A stretch of 64,000 bases of DNA, from positions 356,128,001 to 356,192,000 of the forward strand of contig OZ024743.1 in NCBI GenBank assembly GCA_964016885.1. Direction: 5' to 3'. Made by a program: the position numbers and the translations under genes. Below the pieces are notes generated by a model. It did no database searches and was not told where the DNA came from. It worked only from the letters and a program-made list of their open reading frames with translations. This stretch comes from Eledone cirrhosa. Its lineage: Eukaryota. Each line of letters opens with the position of its first letter. Within the stretch, counting starts at the first letter, position 1. Below are positions 13,031-27,360 of this stretch, one piece after another.

Positions 13031-16000
13031 AGTTTGTTTAAAGCATAGTGTAAAGTGTAGAAAATAGTATTTTGTTTGAAGGCTACTACAATATGAATTG
13101 GACAGTAAATGTTAAAAGTATGATGCAAAGTAACATTCCAACATCTTTGTTATCATATTTTTAACATTTAAAGGCCAATTCAAATAGTGGTAGCTGATTG
13201 TTTCTGAGGAAGATGGTAAGATGGATCTAGGACATCGAAACTAAAAATAGGTGGTGACATAACCACTACCTATTAATCAATATATACATTTACCATGATC
13301 AATCAATCCTCTGAAACGATCATAAAACAATGAACTAATTAATAACCTATCTTCGACTTTTGTTTGTTCAATTTCAATATACACTACACACACATACTTC
13401 CACTATCACTCTTTCAATTACTATCAGTCAGTTTTCTTGTTGCACAAAAAACACACTTTCACATGTGAACCACATGCATATATATATATACACACACACA
13501 CCACACTACATACATCTAGCTTCCATCACTCTCTTGCTCTCTCCCACTCCCCTCCCTGATTGTTATGTGTACACCACCACCACGTGATCCAGTTTGTTTA
13601 CACATTTACTGTGAGACAGCAAACAAACTGTTGTAAAGTGGACATGGGTTTGAGGAGTGGAAGAGGATTTTGATACATGAATGATTTGGTGGGGGGTACC
13701 ATGGAGATTTCACTTGTCAAGGACAAATGGAGGTAAGTGAGAGCGGAGGGAGAGATAGAAAGAATCTAAAGCTGAAGCAGAGTGGGAGAGATATTGAGAA
13801 AGACTTGGAGGAGAAAAAGAGGTGGAAGAGCGAGCAGGGGGAAAGAAGAAAGAGAGAGAGAGAGAGTTATGATTATTGTTCAAAAGAACTAGGGCGATAT
13901 CATCTTGTTTACTTACCCTTATTTGTGCAAAAGATTTTATATAGACCACATTTTCTTAACTAAATGTTCAGAACTAAACATTTCCCATTATATATAAATA
14001 TCATAAGCTTTTTAATAAGAGCAACGTTAAGGTTGGATACAGCTGCATGAATAATATCTCATGTCAAATATCCAACGACAGCTAAAGTCATACAAACAGT
14101 AACATTCTACATGACTGTCAGAATGTAATTAAAACAATATCAAGTACTGTTCACTTAATAGCAAGCTGATCACAAAGACAACAACTACAGGTGTTTACAA
14201 TAGAAACTACATTGACTGCACAGAAAATACATTTAAAACCAGATACACATATCACATTTACACCTTTCAAAACAGAGATAGAATCAACTCCACCCTACTA
14301 TCCCAATACAGCTGGAAATAATAGACAATGGAAATACCAAAGGTTAGAGCATATTAAAAATGCATTTTTATATTCATATGGACCAAGAGAAAGGTATAAA
14401 ATCTTGTCTTCTGTTTACATTTTAGGTACGAAATTTGAAACTAGAGCAAATAACTCTTCAATGAATTACAACTGCAGACCAGATAACTATCTACACAAAT
14501 AATGGCTGAAGACAAATGGTAACATTACAGTACTACAACTATCACTGACTTACCTTGCAGCAGTATCTCCCCTCCTGTACAAGTGACAGGCAGACTGATC
14601 ATTTTTTACAGAAATTACTCCATCTTCTCACTTATCAGCAATTTGTCAGTCCTATTTTACCAAGTGCCCCATCACCTGACCAACATCTACCAATGTAAAT
14701 CAAGCAATACAATGCCCCTATATTTTATTCTGTGGTGAAGGAGTTAAACATCAGCAGTGAATGAATTAACTCTTCTCATACATATATTGAATACTTCTAT
14801 TTCTAATGTTCACAGGCCCTTCTATACAAGTGAAATTATCTAGTCCAACACAAAAAGTGTTGGAGCCACTTAACATATCTAGCTTATTGATTGAAATTGA
14901 CAATATATATATATATATATCATCATCATCATCGTTTAACGTCCATCTTCCACGCTAGCATGGGTCTGGATGGGCTAATATATATATTCTCTCTCTCTCT
15001 ATATATATATAGAGAGAGAGAGATAGCGAGAAAGAGAGAGATTGTGTGTATGCATGAGTCATATTCAAATGTGACAGAAATATATCCCAAAAGAATTTTC
15101 AGCAAAGTAAGATTTTATAACATACATAAATTACAATAAAATAGCTAGACAACATTTCACTTTCTTAGTCTATTTTACTTTTATTGTCACACCTTGTTTA
15201 CAACACGCAATCCCATTGTTTCTCCACCCTCTATAGGTATCTTGGCTGTTGATAAAAAGTGACTGAACAACTGATGAAGAGTCAGAAGTTCATATTACTA
15301 TATTAAGATCAACTTTGCACTAAGAACAATATTAAGGTTATCTACAACTGCATAGAAAAAAAAAAATCACATCTCAAATATCTCACCACAACAAAGAGTC
15401 ATACATACAAACAGAATCATCATACACCAAACGGATACCCTCTTGACCCTCCTTCCTTTGATCTAGTGGAACATCTAGGATGCGACTGCTGGAATGAGAG
15501 AGAACAGCATCAGCACTGAGCTGATACTTCATTTATCAGCAGTGGAAGGAATGAAACGTAAAGTGAACCTTGGTGAGGTTTGAACCCTGAGCTCAGAGAC
15601 TCAGAAGAAATTTGCAATGCTCTAATAACTCTGCCAAATCAACCAGCTTACAGCAACAGTACAACAATATTACATGAAAGTTTGTAAATGTCAATGTCAG
15701 TGGTGTTCAAGGAGAATGAACCTTGACATAGACTACAACCAGTTGTTGGTCTGTCCTCACCAGTAGAGAAGCTATTTTACCGGAAGCCAAAAATCCCAAA
15801 GAGAGGAGATTATTTTGATGAGAACATCTGATGTGACCATCCCAGATGAAATATTATGCTTATTTAATGTGGGAGATAGCCAATTATGTTTCTTGACGAG
15901 AAGAGAGACAAGTGATGGTAGTGGTGGCAGTGGCTGTAATGAAATGTTGTTGCTGTTGCAGTTCTTTTCTATGGCATTCAAACATTTTATTTGTTGTAAT

Positions 16001-16664
16001 TAACAAAAGGACTACTACTTTGATTCTCACCCATAAATTTTCACTACACAACCACTTTCCACCACTACTGACACCATCCACATCATCAACACAACCCCTC
16101 CCCCCATCTCCCCCAACACCAAGCATGCTTCTACTGCCCTCCTTCAACCAATACCACTACTCATGCCACCATCGCCATCATTACAAACCATTACAACTAC
16201 CACCAACGCCGCCGTCACCTTCATTCGACACAGACTTTATAATTAAGATATTAAATCTTCTAACAGTGGTGATCAGTGCTTGAACTTGAGATGCAAATTA
16301 TCAGTTTTAATTACATACATTCGCTTCATAATTAGCTCAAAATCAAGTGATGGTAGTACTGTACAATATACTATCTAACAACAATGACCAATAAGAAAAA
16401 CAGTAACACACACACACACCTACACACACACACACACCTACACACACACCGACTATAGCTTGAAGCAGCAGTGCAACAATGATAATAAACAAACAGCAAA
16501 ACCCCTTCTAGTCTTCACCACTACCACCATGACCCACTCACACTAACCATTACGGAGGTGGTGGAAGAGGGGAGGGGGTCAACCCTTAATGCTTGTGTAA
16601 CCTTTTTTCTCCGATATTCAAAGATTTATTCCTTGTAGCAGGTAATAGTTTATGTGAGAGGAGA

Positions 16665-16820
<156 letters not shown>

Positions 16821-17599
16821 ACATGTATATATGGGTATGTGAATTTATGTGTGTATGTTCAAGTTCAGCAACCACTACACCACAAACATACACACTACCA
16901 CTGAGTGGAGAAGTTAATTATAAATGTAATAATAAAGTAAACACCACCACCACCACCACCACTACTCCTACAACAACAACAACAACAATAATATAAGAAA
17001 GAGAGAAGAAAAAAACAACAAAAATAATTAACAAGCCAACAAATAAACGTAGAACAAACCAACAATACGTAGAACTATCATCACTTAATTTAAGGCAAGA
17101 GGTAAAGTGAACAGTATCGGTAGAGGCTGGAGTGGTGTTGTAGTGGTGGCCATTGTGGTAGTACTTTGCAGTGGAAGGTTGTAGTGTGGATAGTGCAGTT
17201 GCTCTATGTCAACTCTGATCAAGCAGAGCTATGACCAAAAAGTATCCCAACTATGACAATCATTTCTTCTTTTTTTTTTTTTGCTCACATAGAACTAACT
17301 ACCTTATGTAATATTTTTTTGTTTGTTTTTCAGATGCAGAGGTGAGATGAGGAAGATCTGGCTACCATTTCTAACAGGCTGAGAGACTATGTAGAAGCAT
17401 CTATATTGTGGTGTTGGCAGTAGTAACAGAATGGACAGTATAAGGATGATGTTATTTGGTGATGGTAATGCTGTTGTTGTTCTATAGTCCTGAGCCAGCT
17501 CTATTCGACCAGTTATATTTTCCTGAATAATTAACCATATTGCCCCCTTCAACATGAAGTGGTATTTACAAGTACAATGAAAACTCCAGATGAATCAGT

Positions 17600-18065
17600 C
17601 TTTACCATGCAAAAACTTACTTTAGAAAAGAGTTGAGAGGACCCTTCAGTCATGATACAATAACCTCTCTAGTGCCAGTGCTGCAAAAAAATGCACCCAG
17701 CACACCTTGTAAGATAGTTGGTGACCGGAAGAGCATCTAGCTGTAGAAACCATGCTAAAAAGGGTTGAGAGGACTCTTCAGTTGAGTCAAGATTATGACA
17801 ACCACTCTAGTGTTGGTGAGATGGTAAAACGCACCCAGTAGATTCTGTGAAATGGTTGGTAATAGCAAAGGCATCAAATTGTAGAAAACTTGCTAAACAA
17901 AGGGTAGAAAGGACTCTTCTGATGTGTCAAAGACATGACAACCTCCCAAGAGCTTGTGTAATGATAAAATGCAGTATGGGAATATATGTAAGCAAAATGC
18001 TGCTCCTGGCCCTAAGTACTGACTTGGTCTGTGACGATCCAGCCGATCCTTGCTTGATGATGATA
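17600..18065 (+). mobile_element. RTE-tail-family repeat with ~135-bp internal tandem units
   Basis: About three repeats of gactcttc...catgacaacctc...gcacccag...gcatc..gtagaaa, ending in GATGATGAT. Confidence 0.6.
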
Positions 18066-18439
18066 TACAGATGTTTGTTTTTATGAATAAACACTGAGAA
18101 ATATAACAAAGGACATGCTCCACATGAAAACAAAATGGTAAAGTTGGTGCTAACATACTTTTGAATAAACCAAGAAACTGTAATTCCTTAAAGCAAGTCT
18201 ACATTTACCAACAATCTTTGAAACACTAATCTATCATCAAATATGAAGATGACTTCTTTTTATCTCTTCTGTAATAGCTTTACCAGTATATATTAGTATA
18301 GAAATAGTCACACTGTTTTATTAGTAATTTATAGAAAAAACCTAGTGAACAGGGATAAAGCCTTGACAAAAATCTACAAAGATGATGATATGATGATAGG
18401 AATGTTAGTGTTAAAGTTAATTAAAGCTTACCCTAAGCC

Positions 18440-18700
18440 CAGAGGTTCATCAGGCTGGAGAACGTATCCCAGTCTCATTGGCATTAAGCAAGACTCTGTC
18501 CTGGACAGACCACCCAACTGTCATAACATTAACCCTCAGCTACTGCTGGATCCCTCATTTCTTTTTCAGCTGAATTGACTGAAGAAACGTGAAATGAAGT
18601 GTCTTGCTCAAGGACATAAAACACCCTCCAGTGACGCTATTAGTCCAACAGCCATGCAATTATGTGTCCAATATCCTCACCACTAGGTCAAGCCTCTTCA
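18440..18700 (-). mobile_element. Degenerate Meta/MESC-like SINE
   Basis: Homologous to 25425-25690 (cctggacag, cagctgaattgactg, gtgtcttgctcaagg). Confidence 0.65.
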
Positions 18701-19729
18701 AAACAGACAACTAGCCTTTCTAACAACTTATACAGCCAAACTAGGGTAAAAAGATAAATCAAAAAGAAGAAATTCTTTTGTATAACACTAACAAAGCCAA
18801 GAAGGAAAATCTTGACAACTGTACAGTAGTCCACAATTTCCATCTTTTAATGTGTAGACATTCTCTATGGGGAGGGGAAGGGACTCCAGTACTGCAATCA
18901 ATGCTTAACCGTGCTGAGCCCTACATACTGCCAGTATAGAGATCTCTCTATCATCCAGTTTCTCTAACTTCACCCCACCCATTTTAGCCCTTTTGACACC
19001 AAACTGTTTTAAACTGCCCTGTTTATTTTTCATAATTTATATTTATCTAAAAACTTTACATCATAATTTTATGTAAGAACCTTTGCTCCAAACACCAACA
19101 TATTGAGAAAGTTAATCAAATCATGTCCAATACTAACTCTCATACTGAATACTTTGTCAAAACCATCTTCCTCTGAATTTTCTTCCCATTTACCTTTTCA
19201 ACAATTACCATTGGTCATTTAGATACACAACGTTTCCTTGGTCTAGAAAGTCTTTAGAAAGCTATCGAAGATGATGACCAAGCTATTCATACAAATATCT
19301 CTACAAAATCAGTTCTATAAGAAAACTCATATAAGTTACTGTTGAGGTATTTGTTTCAGCTCTTTAAATTCTGAGTTCCTGGGTGGTTGACTTCAGTTGT
19401 TACCCAGGTTAATACTACCATCTTGTATTTAGGTGCCTGTAGTAGAGTTTACAGTGTAGCAAGCAATTAGGAAAGATTTATATTTTGAGAATAACTTCCT
19501 CCTATCAGTACTGGAAGCCCTTAAAAAATATAATGCCATGGGCACTTCCCTTAACTCCCTTATTAACTTTGAACATCCTGTAATGATTTAGTTCAAAATA
19601 TCTATACTAGTGGATAGACCATTGTGAATTTTGCAGTAAACAAAAGCAAAAACTTTAATTTTTAATGTGATGTAGCCCTAATGATGTTTTATACTTTTTG
19701 AGGATGTCACATTAAGCAGCTAGAAAATG

Positions 19730-19916
19730 ATAATTATTTCTACTTTTGGCACAAGACCAGCAATTACCTCAGTGCATTACTGGTGCTTTATTTTATCGAC
19801 CCCATAAGAATGAAATGCAAAGTTAACCTCGGTGGGATTTGAACTCAAAACGCAAAAGGCCATAACTCTATGCTGCAAAACATGGTGTCCGATGGTCTAC
19901 CGATACCACCAATCCG
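19730..19916 (-). mobile_element. Nin/Deu-domain tRNA SINE
   Basis: Reverse complement of the 50091-50278 type. Confidence 0.8.
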
Positions 19917-20892
19917 CAGCTAGAAAGTAATAATGTAGAATATTTTAAACACAATCATAATAAATACAATGCTTTCCCCATATCTTCATTTCTCTTTTGG
20001 AAATAATCTTCACTAATAATTCCTTTATATAAATAAAATAAAATCCAGATACCTGCAGGGTCAGGTATTAATACTCACTAAGGGAATACCTTGATTTTCG
20101 ACGAAAGAAGAGACGTAAATTGTACCCTCGTTCAAAAAATGTCAGCACAGAAATATATCTAAAAGTTCAACTATTGATAATGATGCAAAGGATAGTTATA
20201 ATTTATGATGATAATGATGAGGAGAAAGATGATGACAATGATGATGATGACAGCAATAATGATGATGATGATGATGATGACAACGATGGTAATGATGACA
20301 ACAATGATGATGATAATCCTGTTGCTGGTGATGTTAATGCTACCGATGATGATGCTGACTTTTATCGTCGCAACAACAACAACAATGACCAATTCAGATT
20401 AAATGCCAACAATATTAATTTCACCAAAAAGCTCTTTAGTTCTTAAATTGGGGGAGAAAAGAAAAAACTAAACCAGAATAAAAAAAAGAATCTTAATCGA
20501 TCTTCTGTCGAAGAAAACACAAAAGTGAATTACTGAGCTTATTACACAATGATAGGTCCACCACCACCTTACAACAAAGGCCTAAGTACACAATCTGATG
20601 TTAATTCCCTGTTAAAGACAATTCACTTCAACACTTAAGCTGCTAATACACACACGTGCACACACACACATATGCTAACACATACTCACAGGGATGCTTA
20701 CACTCATTCTTACACACAGACATACACACAAACATATGCTTACATACAAATACACATACTTGAGTCAATTAACAAGAGATGTTCATAACCTGCCTGTCCA
20801 GTTTAGTTTATTTAACGAACAATTAGTAGACTCTTAACATTGCACCCACCCATTCCACCACTCTCTCACACACACATAATCTCTTTCTCTCA

Positions 20893-20930
<38 letters not shown>

Positions 20931-21169
20931 TATCTGTGTGTGAGTGTGTGATTATATATGTGTATGAGCTTCTTTATTTTTGGATGAGTTTGAGACTAGG
21001 ATTCCACTCCTGGTTCACGTTGATTCACATCATTCATGCCGCCAATACCCCTCAGAAAGGAACAGAATGGATACCACTACCCCTTTCTCCCTTATAGCTG
21101 TCATGTTCAAATAGGTAGGAGGTCTGTGTCCATTATCTCTTCAGGCCCTCAGGCACAAAGGTATAGTCT

Positions 21170-21510
21170 TTTATTTCTTCTACTGATTTCAACCATTAGA
21201 TTGGAGCCATGCTGAGGCATCAACTTCAAGCGGTTTAATTGATCATACCAACACCCAAGACTTATTTTTGTTCACGTCAGGTACTTATAAAATTTGTCGA
21301 ACCGCTAAGTCACAGAACATAAGAAACACATCACAAACACACACCCATATATGGCAGGCTTCCACAGTTTCTATCTACCAAATTTGCTCACAAGGGATTA
21401 GTCAAACTAAAGCTATAGTAGAAAACACTTGTCCAAGGTGTTATGCAGTGGGACTAAATTAGTGACAACACAGTTGAGACAAACTCCTTAACATAGCCAT
21501 GCCTGCACAA
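21170..21510 (-). mobile_element. CORE-type tRNA SINE, degenerate
   Basis: Minus strand: gtgcaggcatggctatg..., gtcccactgcataacaccttggacaagtgttttctactatagc (CORE-like ccttgggcaagt motif). Confidence 0.6.
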
Positions 21511-22008
21511 TATTCAGATGGATGTAACTTTTAACAATCTATGCAATATGAAACAGCATTAGCAAAGCATTCTTATATAAGCACCATGACTGAAGTCAAA
21601 TTTTCTTATCTGTCAATGACAAGACATTTTGATAAAGAATAAAAGAGCACTATGACTGAAGTCTTTAATTCAATTCAAATTTTCTGATCTGTCAATGATT
21701 GGTCCACTAGTAAAGATACTACAAACATTTGAACTAACAAAACCATTTTTCAATATTTTCTACTAAAACATTAAAGGATGATAGAGCTAATCCACTTTTG
21801 TTGTGACATCTATGCCATATACTTAATAAAACCTCCACCACAACCGTTGTCTGTAAACATTTTCTCCTACAGTAAATAACTCATTATCACAATAAGAAAT
21901 AAATTGGTAATTTAGCAATAAATTGGTAATGTATCAAATTTAGAAAAATGCATCAAAACACCATCATCATAAACATCATTTACTTTTGTGAGAAATAACA
22001 CTCATAAA

Positions 22009-22121
22009 ACTCAATACACGCTAGTCGAATTAATAGTTTTCATCATCATCATCACCGATAGACGTTAAACGGTGATGATGATGATGGTGAAAACTATTAA
22101 CTCGACTAGCGTGTATTGAGT
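22009..22121. repeat. Fold-back palindrome, ~50-bp arms
   Basis: actcaatacacgctagtcga...caccg [atagacgttaaa] cggtg...tcgactagcgtgtattgagt. Confidence 0.95.
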
Positions 22122-22646
22122 ACTTGTACTTTTCTAATCTAGTTTGAATGACATGCATTTACCTAATTATATATATATATATGGACCAGTTAGGAAAGAA
22201 CACATTGTTCGTTTTGTTTTTCATTTGAAAAGGAGGCTAAAACTCTGAATATTATGTTGAAATATACTGAGTAAGAAAAACACTACTTTGTTTTATATGT
22301 CATCTTTTGCCCTTTATATATTTCTACTGCATTGTACCTGTTTTCTGAAATACTTATCAATTATTTATTACATATCTCACAATGCTTCAAATTAACTATA
22401 CATAGATAGAAAATATACATACACTTCTTATGCATTTCTGTGTACAGAGGCACAGTTGAAAGTGTTTATATTCCATTCTTTTCACATTGAAGGCGTCTAA
22501 TTCAAAAAACGGTATTTATAACCACATTAAATTTAAGTTGTATTTTCTCGTATACACTGTGTTCTAACATGAATTCACAAATTCATCTTAAGTTAAGCTA
22601 ACATGACGCCAATCCTTCTTCAGTGTAATGCTTTACCAACTGAGCT

Positions 22647-22784
<138 letters not shown>

Positions 22785-22905
22785 TCTACATGGTTGCACA
22801 ACCAAGTAAATATCAACGTCACATCACACCATCTTGTTTTAACATTTCTAACCTTTAGGAGGCTGAATTTTTTTATGAATTGATTCCCTTGACACAGTAT
22901 TATGT

Positions 22906-23022
22906 ATTAATTGTTCTACTTTAGGCACAAGGCCAGCAATTACCCAGTGCATTATTGGTACTTTATTTTATAGACCCCGTAAGGATGAAAGGCAAAGTCA
23001 ACCTCGGCGGGATTTGAACTCA
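22906..23022 (-). mobile_element. Nin/Deu-domain SINE, 3' part
   Basis: ggcacaaggccagcaattacccagtg...ggatgaaaggcaaagtcaacctcggcgggatttgaactca. Confidence 0.8.
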
Positions 23023-23247
23023 GTATTATGTATTAATGAAAGATTACTCTACCGGCGACTTCCATCACTAACAGCGCCAAGGGGATTAATACCAAATCAC
23101 CTTAAACTGCCCAAGCTTTATGATACTAAGTTGTTTATTTTAAAATGCTTATATTTATCAAAAAAACCTTCCATCATGATTTTATGTAAAGCCTTTGGTA
23201 AGCTATGTTCCAAACACCAATTTAATAATGAGAAAGTTATATTACTA

Positions 23248-24505
23248 CAGGGATGCTCAGTTCTTTGAGGACATATCTTTCAATAGTTCTAACTTGTTCT
23301 GATTATCTTTTCTTTTCAGATTAATGATGAGACATTAAGTTAACTCAAGAAATGAAAGACACACAGAAATTATTGCTTTAAAGGTAGAGGGTAGTGATTT
23401 AGAGATTGCTCACTTCCTGAAAATTGTATGGTCTTTTGTTGTCGAAGTGTACAATGAGTTGGAAGCCATTAACAGGAATTCTACTAAATGTAGAATGCTT
23501 GCTAAAGGTCCTAAGTGTATAAATGGTGCAGAAATTTTTCAATAACAACTCTAGAAAATCAATTAGTGCCATTACTAAGGAGCTCATGGTTTCAAGGCAC
23601 ACTATCAGAAGAACTGTACCCGAGGACCTTCGATACAAGTTATACAAGATGCGGAGAAGCCAACTCATGTTTGCAAAGACAAAGGATGACCATCTGATTG
23701 GCTCAAAGTGCTTGTTGAGTAAGTTGAAATATCAAGAGCCTGGATTCCTTTGGTTTTTCTCTGAAGAGAAGAATTTTGATCTGGACCAAAAGAATCCACT
23801 GAAGGAATGATAGATGGTTTTCAGAGACCTTAAAAACATTCCAACAGTTATGCACACAGTTACCAGCAACAGTGATGATTATGGGAGTCATGACCAATGA
23901 CGGAAATGTCATGGCTCCTCACTTCTTTCCTCAGTCATGTTGGTAGGTGTATGGTCTTCTTTTGCTCACAACCTTATTTATAGTCAGCAGTATTGATCCT
24001 TAAAGGATCAATACTGCTGACTATAAATAAGGTTGTGAGCAAAAGAAGACCATACACCTACCAACATGACTCTGTGCTGTCTCATAAGGCCAAGCCGACC
24101 CAAAAATAGATGGGTTACAACCGCCACGATCATGTCACCCTAAACATATGCCTTCTAGCTCTCCAAACCAGAATCCATTGAACTACTATGTTTTTTTTTT
24201 GGGGGGGTGGGGGGTGGGGCATCGTCGAAAGGAAAGTCAATCAATGCCTCAATAACACTATAAAATTTCTGAAATCTGCAATAACTAGCACAATGCCCCA
24301 AATAGATAGAGATCATCTGATTCAAGCACATTAACATTTCAGACCTTATACTGAAACAGTCATAGATGCTAACATTAAGTAGAAGCATCAAGAAGAGTCT
24401 CAAGATTATTCATGCCAATTTTCTCTCAAATGAAGCTTTTCTTTAATGATTTATGCATCTTTTACTAAATTCATGTAAATGTCCTCTAAGGACTGAGCAA
24501 CCCTG
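23248..24505 (+). mobile_element. Tc1/mariner-superfamily transposon relic, maT/DD37D-like
   Basis: TA|CAGGGATGCTCAGTTCTTTGAGGACAT ... ATGTCCTCTAAGGACTGAGCAACCCTG|TA TIRs. Decayed transposase motifs FFSEEKNFDLDQ, VMIMGVMTNDG..MAPHFFP, YTYQHDS..HKA, PSSSPNQNPLNYY. Confidence 0.85.
23933..24071. repeat. Perfect palindrome, 69-bp arms, 1-nt spacer
   Basis: Centre gatcctt-a-aaggatc at 24002. Confidence 0.95.
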
Positions 24506-24880
24506 TAAATCCCTCCAAGTTCTTGATTATTTTAAAAACTATTTGAAAATTATAGACAGTGTCTTTTATTGAAAATATGATAATGAAAGGGTTAAATATA
24601 GGCATATATTGGATATGGCAGTCATAGTTACAAGGTCTGAAAAATCAAAACAGAAATAACAAAAGAACGGGGGTGTTCACATGGATATTGCTACCTATAT
24701 AGACATCATATATAACACTTTTCATCATAAGCCTATCTGGAATAAGGTTGACTTTATGCTAAACAGCAACAATTACAATAACTACCACAGTGTCTATATT
24801 TATATGTCTATCTTTCAAATTATTTATATGATTATCTTTCTCTCAATTTATCTAGCTATCTATATGTCTATCAATATATC

Positions 24881-24923
<43 letters not shown>

Positions 24924-24964
24924 TAGTCATAATATTTTGTCTATCAATATCTATAAAATGGTTG

Positions 24965-25205
24965 TGTAGGCAACAAAAAGCACCCAGCCCACACTGTAAA
25001 ATGGTATTATAGGAGTCACGGAAAAAGCCACCCAACCCATACTGTAAATATGGTTGGCATTATGAAAGGCATCCAACCATAGAAACCTAGCCAGAAACAG
25101 TTCTTTATGAGCAAGACACGGTCACCAGACCCAACTTGCTTCTAATGGGACAACCCATTTAACCCATGCTAACGTGGAAAATGGATGCTAAGCAATGATG
25201 ATGAT
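24965..25205 (+). mobile_element. RTE 3' UTR copy
   Basis: Colinear with 11200-11435 (aaaaagcacccagcccacactgtaaa ... aacccatgctaacgtggaaaatgga ... gatgatgat). Confidence 0.8.
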
Positions 25206-25424
25206 ATGTTAGTCATATTGTCCTAACTATATATCTCGCTATCAGTCTATCTATATTTTTATCTGTCAATCAATTTATATATCTATCCATCTATCAATCA
25301 ATCAATCAATCTATTTATCCCTCTCTCTCTCAAGATATCTATATATTTATCTGTCTATCTATCTTTCTAACTATCTGTCAATATAATCTTTCTCTGTATA
25401 TCTATCTAAAGTCTAAATCTGTCT

Positions 25425-25690
25425 TAAGCCAAAAAGCTTGTTAGGCCAGTGCTTATCCTGGTTTCGTGGTGTGAAGTGACTGATGAGTACAAGACACCCC
25501 CTTGGACAGGACGCCAGTCCATTGCAGGGATAAACCCCCAGTTATTGCTGGTACGCATTTTCAGCTGAGTATACTGGAGCAATGTGAAATGAAGTGTTTT
25601 GCTCAAGAACACAACACAGTCGAGGAATCGAACCCATGACACATATGATTATATGTCCAACACCCTTACCACTAGGCCACACACCTCCAT
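25425..25690 (-). mobile_element. Full-length Meta/MESC-like tRNA SINE
   Basis: Minus strand: tggcctagtgg A box, ggttcgattcc B box, cttgagcaaaacacttcatttcacattgctccag, atggactggcgtcctgtccaaggg. Confidence 0.8.
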
Positions 25691-26469
25691 CTGTATATCT
25701 ATCACCCTATCAATATATCTATCTCTATCTAGATACCAATCTAGCTATCAATATATCTGTCTGTCTGTCTATCTACTTATTTATCCATCAGTCTATATAT
25801 ATATTTCTATCAAACTATCTGACTATATGTATGTATATATGTATATGTATGTATGTATATATGTGTATGTGTATATGTGCATGTGTGTGTTTATATGTAT
25901 GTATGTAACAAATCCTGTGCCATCTTAGCTTCTTGCCATTTACTGTAGACATGGTTACTGGCACCACCACACCCATTCCCACTACAATGGTCGCCACTGC
26001 ATCCCTCCCCCATCCCAGCACCACCACCACCTCCACCTTTAATCAGTTTCTATTTTACTTGGAATTAACATTTATTTCCATTTATTTATTAGCTTGTAAT
26101 GAAAGAAACCTCATTACAACAAAAAATCATACATCTCACAGATTTGGCACACATACCACACACACACACACAACTGCAAAGTTATACACATAGACAGGTA
26201 CACAAACGCTGCTATACAATCATATGTACACATGCACATTGCTTCAGACACACACACAAAAGCAACCAAAACAAAACACACACAATGCATTCACATTCAC
26301 ATATGCTCATACACATACACTCACAAAACAATTCATTACAAAACCACATGCATAAACAACTACATACACACACACACTCATACGTGCACACACACCAAAC
26401 ATTTCATTACATAACCACAGAAATATACTTACATACACATACATAGATTTACAGAACAATTCATTAGAG

Positions 26470-26608
26470 CCACACACACACACACACATATATATATACC
26501 TACACATACAAACATACACACTCAAACAAACACAGATATATATACACATACAAACATACACACTCACACAAACACAGATATATATATACCTACACATACA
26601 AATATACA

Positions 26609-26648
<40 letters not shown>

Positions 26649-26870
26649 CCTACACATACAAATATACGCACAAACACAAACACACATATATATACCTACA
26701 CATACAAACATACACACTCACACAGACACATATATATGCCTACACATACAAACATACACACTCACACGGACACATATATATACCTACACATACAAACATA
26801 CACACACAGACACATATATATATATATACCTACACATACAAACATACACACTCACACAAACACATCCACA
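26470..26870. repeat. ~40-45-bp minisatellite (atatatacctacacatacaaacatacacactcacaca...)
   Basis: The unit recurs about eight times. Confidence 0.85.
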
Positions 26871-27006
26871 ATAACATACAAATGCATATACACTCAAACA
26901 CAATCATATACACATTCGCAAATATGCACAAAAACATACATTCATATACACAAAAATGTTCAAATACATACACAAACCAACCGAACCCTGCAAACTAATG
27001 CAATTA

Positions 27007-27222
27007 AACACCACCACCACCTCCACCACCATCTCTGCCCCCCCCCCCACTAACACCACCAACACCGCCACCTCTGCCCCCCCCCAAACAACAACAACAC
27101 CACAATCATTTCTACTACCACCACCACCACCACCACCGCCACCACCACCACCACCACCATCACGGCCACCACCACCACCACCATCACCGCCACCACCACC
27201 ACCACCACCACCACCGCCACCA
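27007..27222. repeat. (CCA)n / C-rich tract
   Basis: Source of the poly-Pro and poly-Gly pseudo-ORFs. Confidence 0.9.
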
Positions 27223-27360
27223 ATTACAACAACAATGACAATAATAACAGCAATGACAAACACAACAAATTACAGGAATTTTCAATAAAGTATGAAAATA
27301 TAAATAACTTAAGAAATGCTAAAAAGAAAAGCAAATTAAGTTTCAAATTCACTCTCGCCC

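Noticed and set aside
15272-15300. CTGATGA at 15272 (also near 25480, 41885, 47266 and 47954 minus)
   Set aside because: No properly spaced GAAA-stem III-UH or stem I, so not hammerheads.
20120-20446. Asp/Asn-rich 108-aa ORF
   Set aside because: (GAT)n/(AAC)n microsatellite.
26904-27288. Poly-Pro and poly-Gly ORFs resembling formin or extensin
   Set aside because: (CCA)n microsatellite with no flanking domain or splice support.
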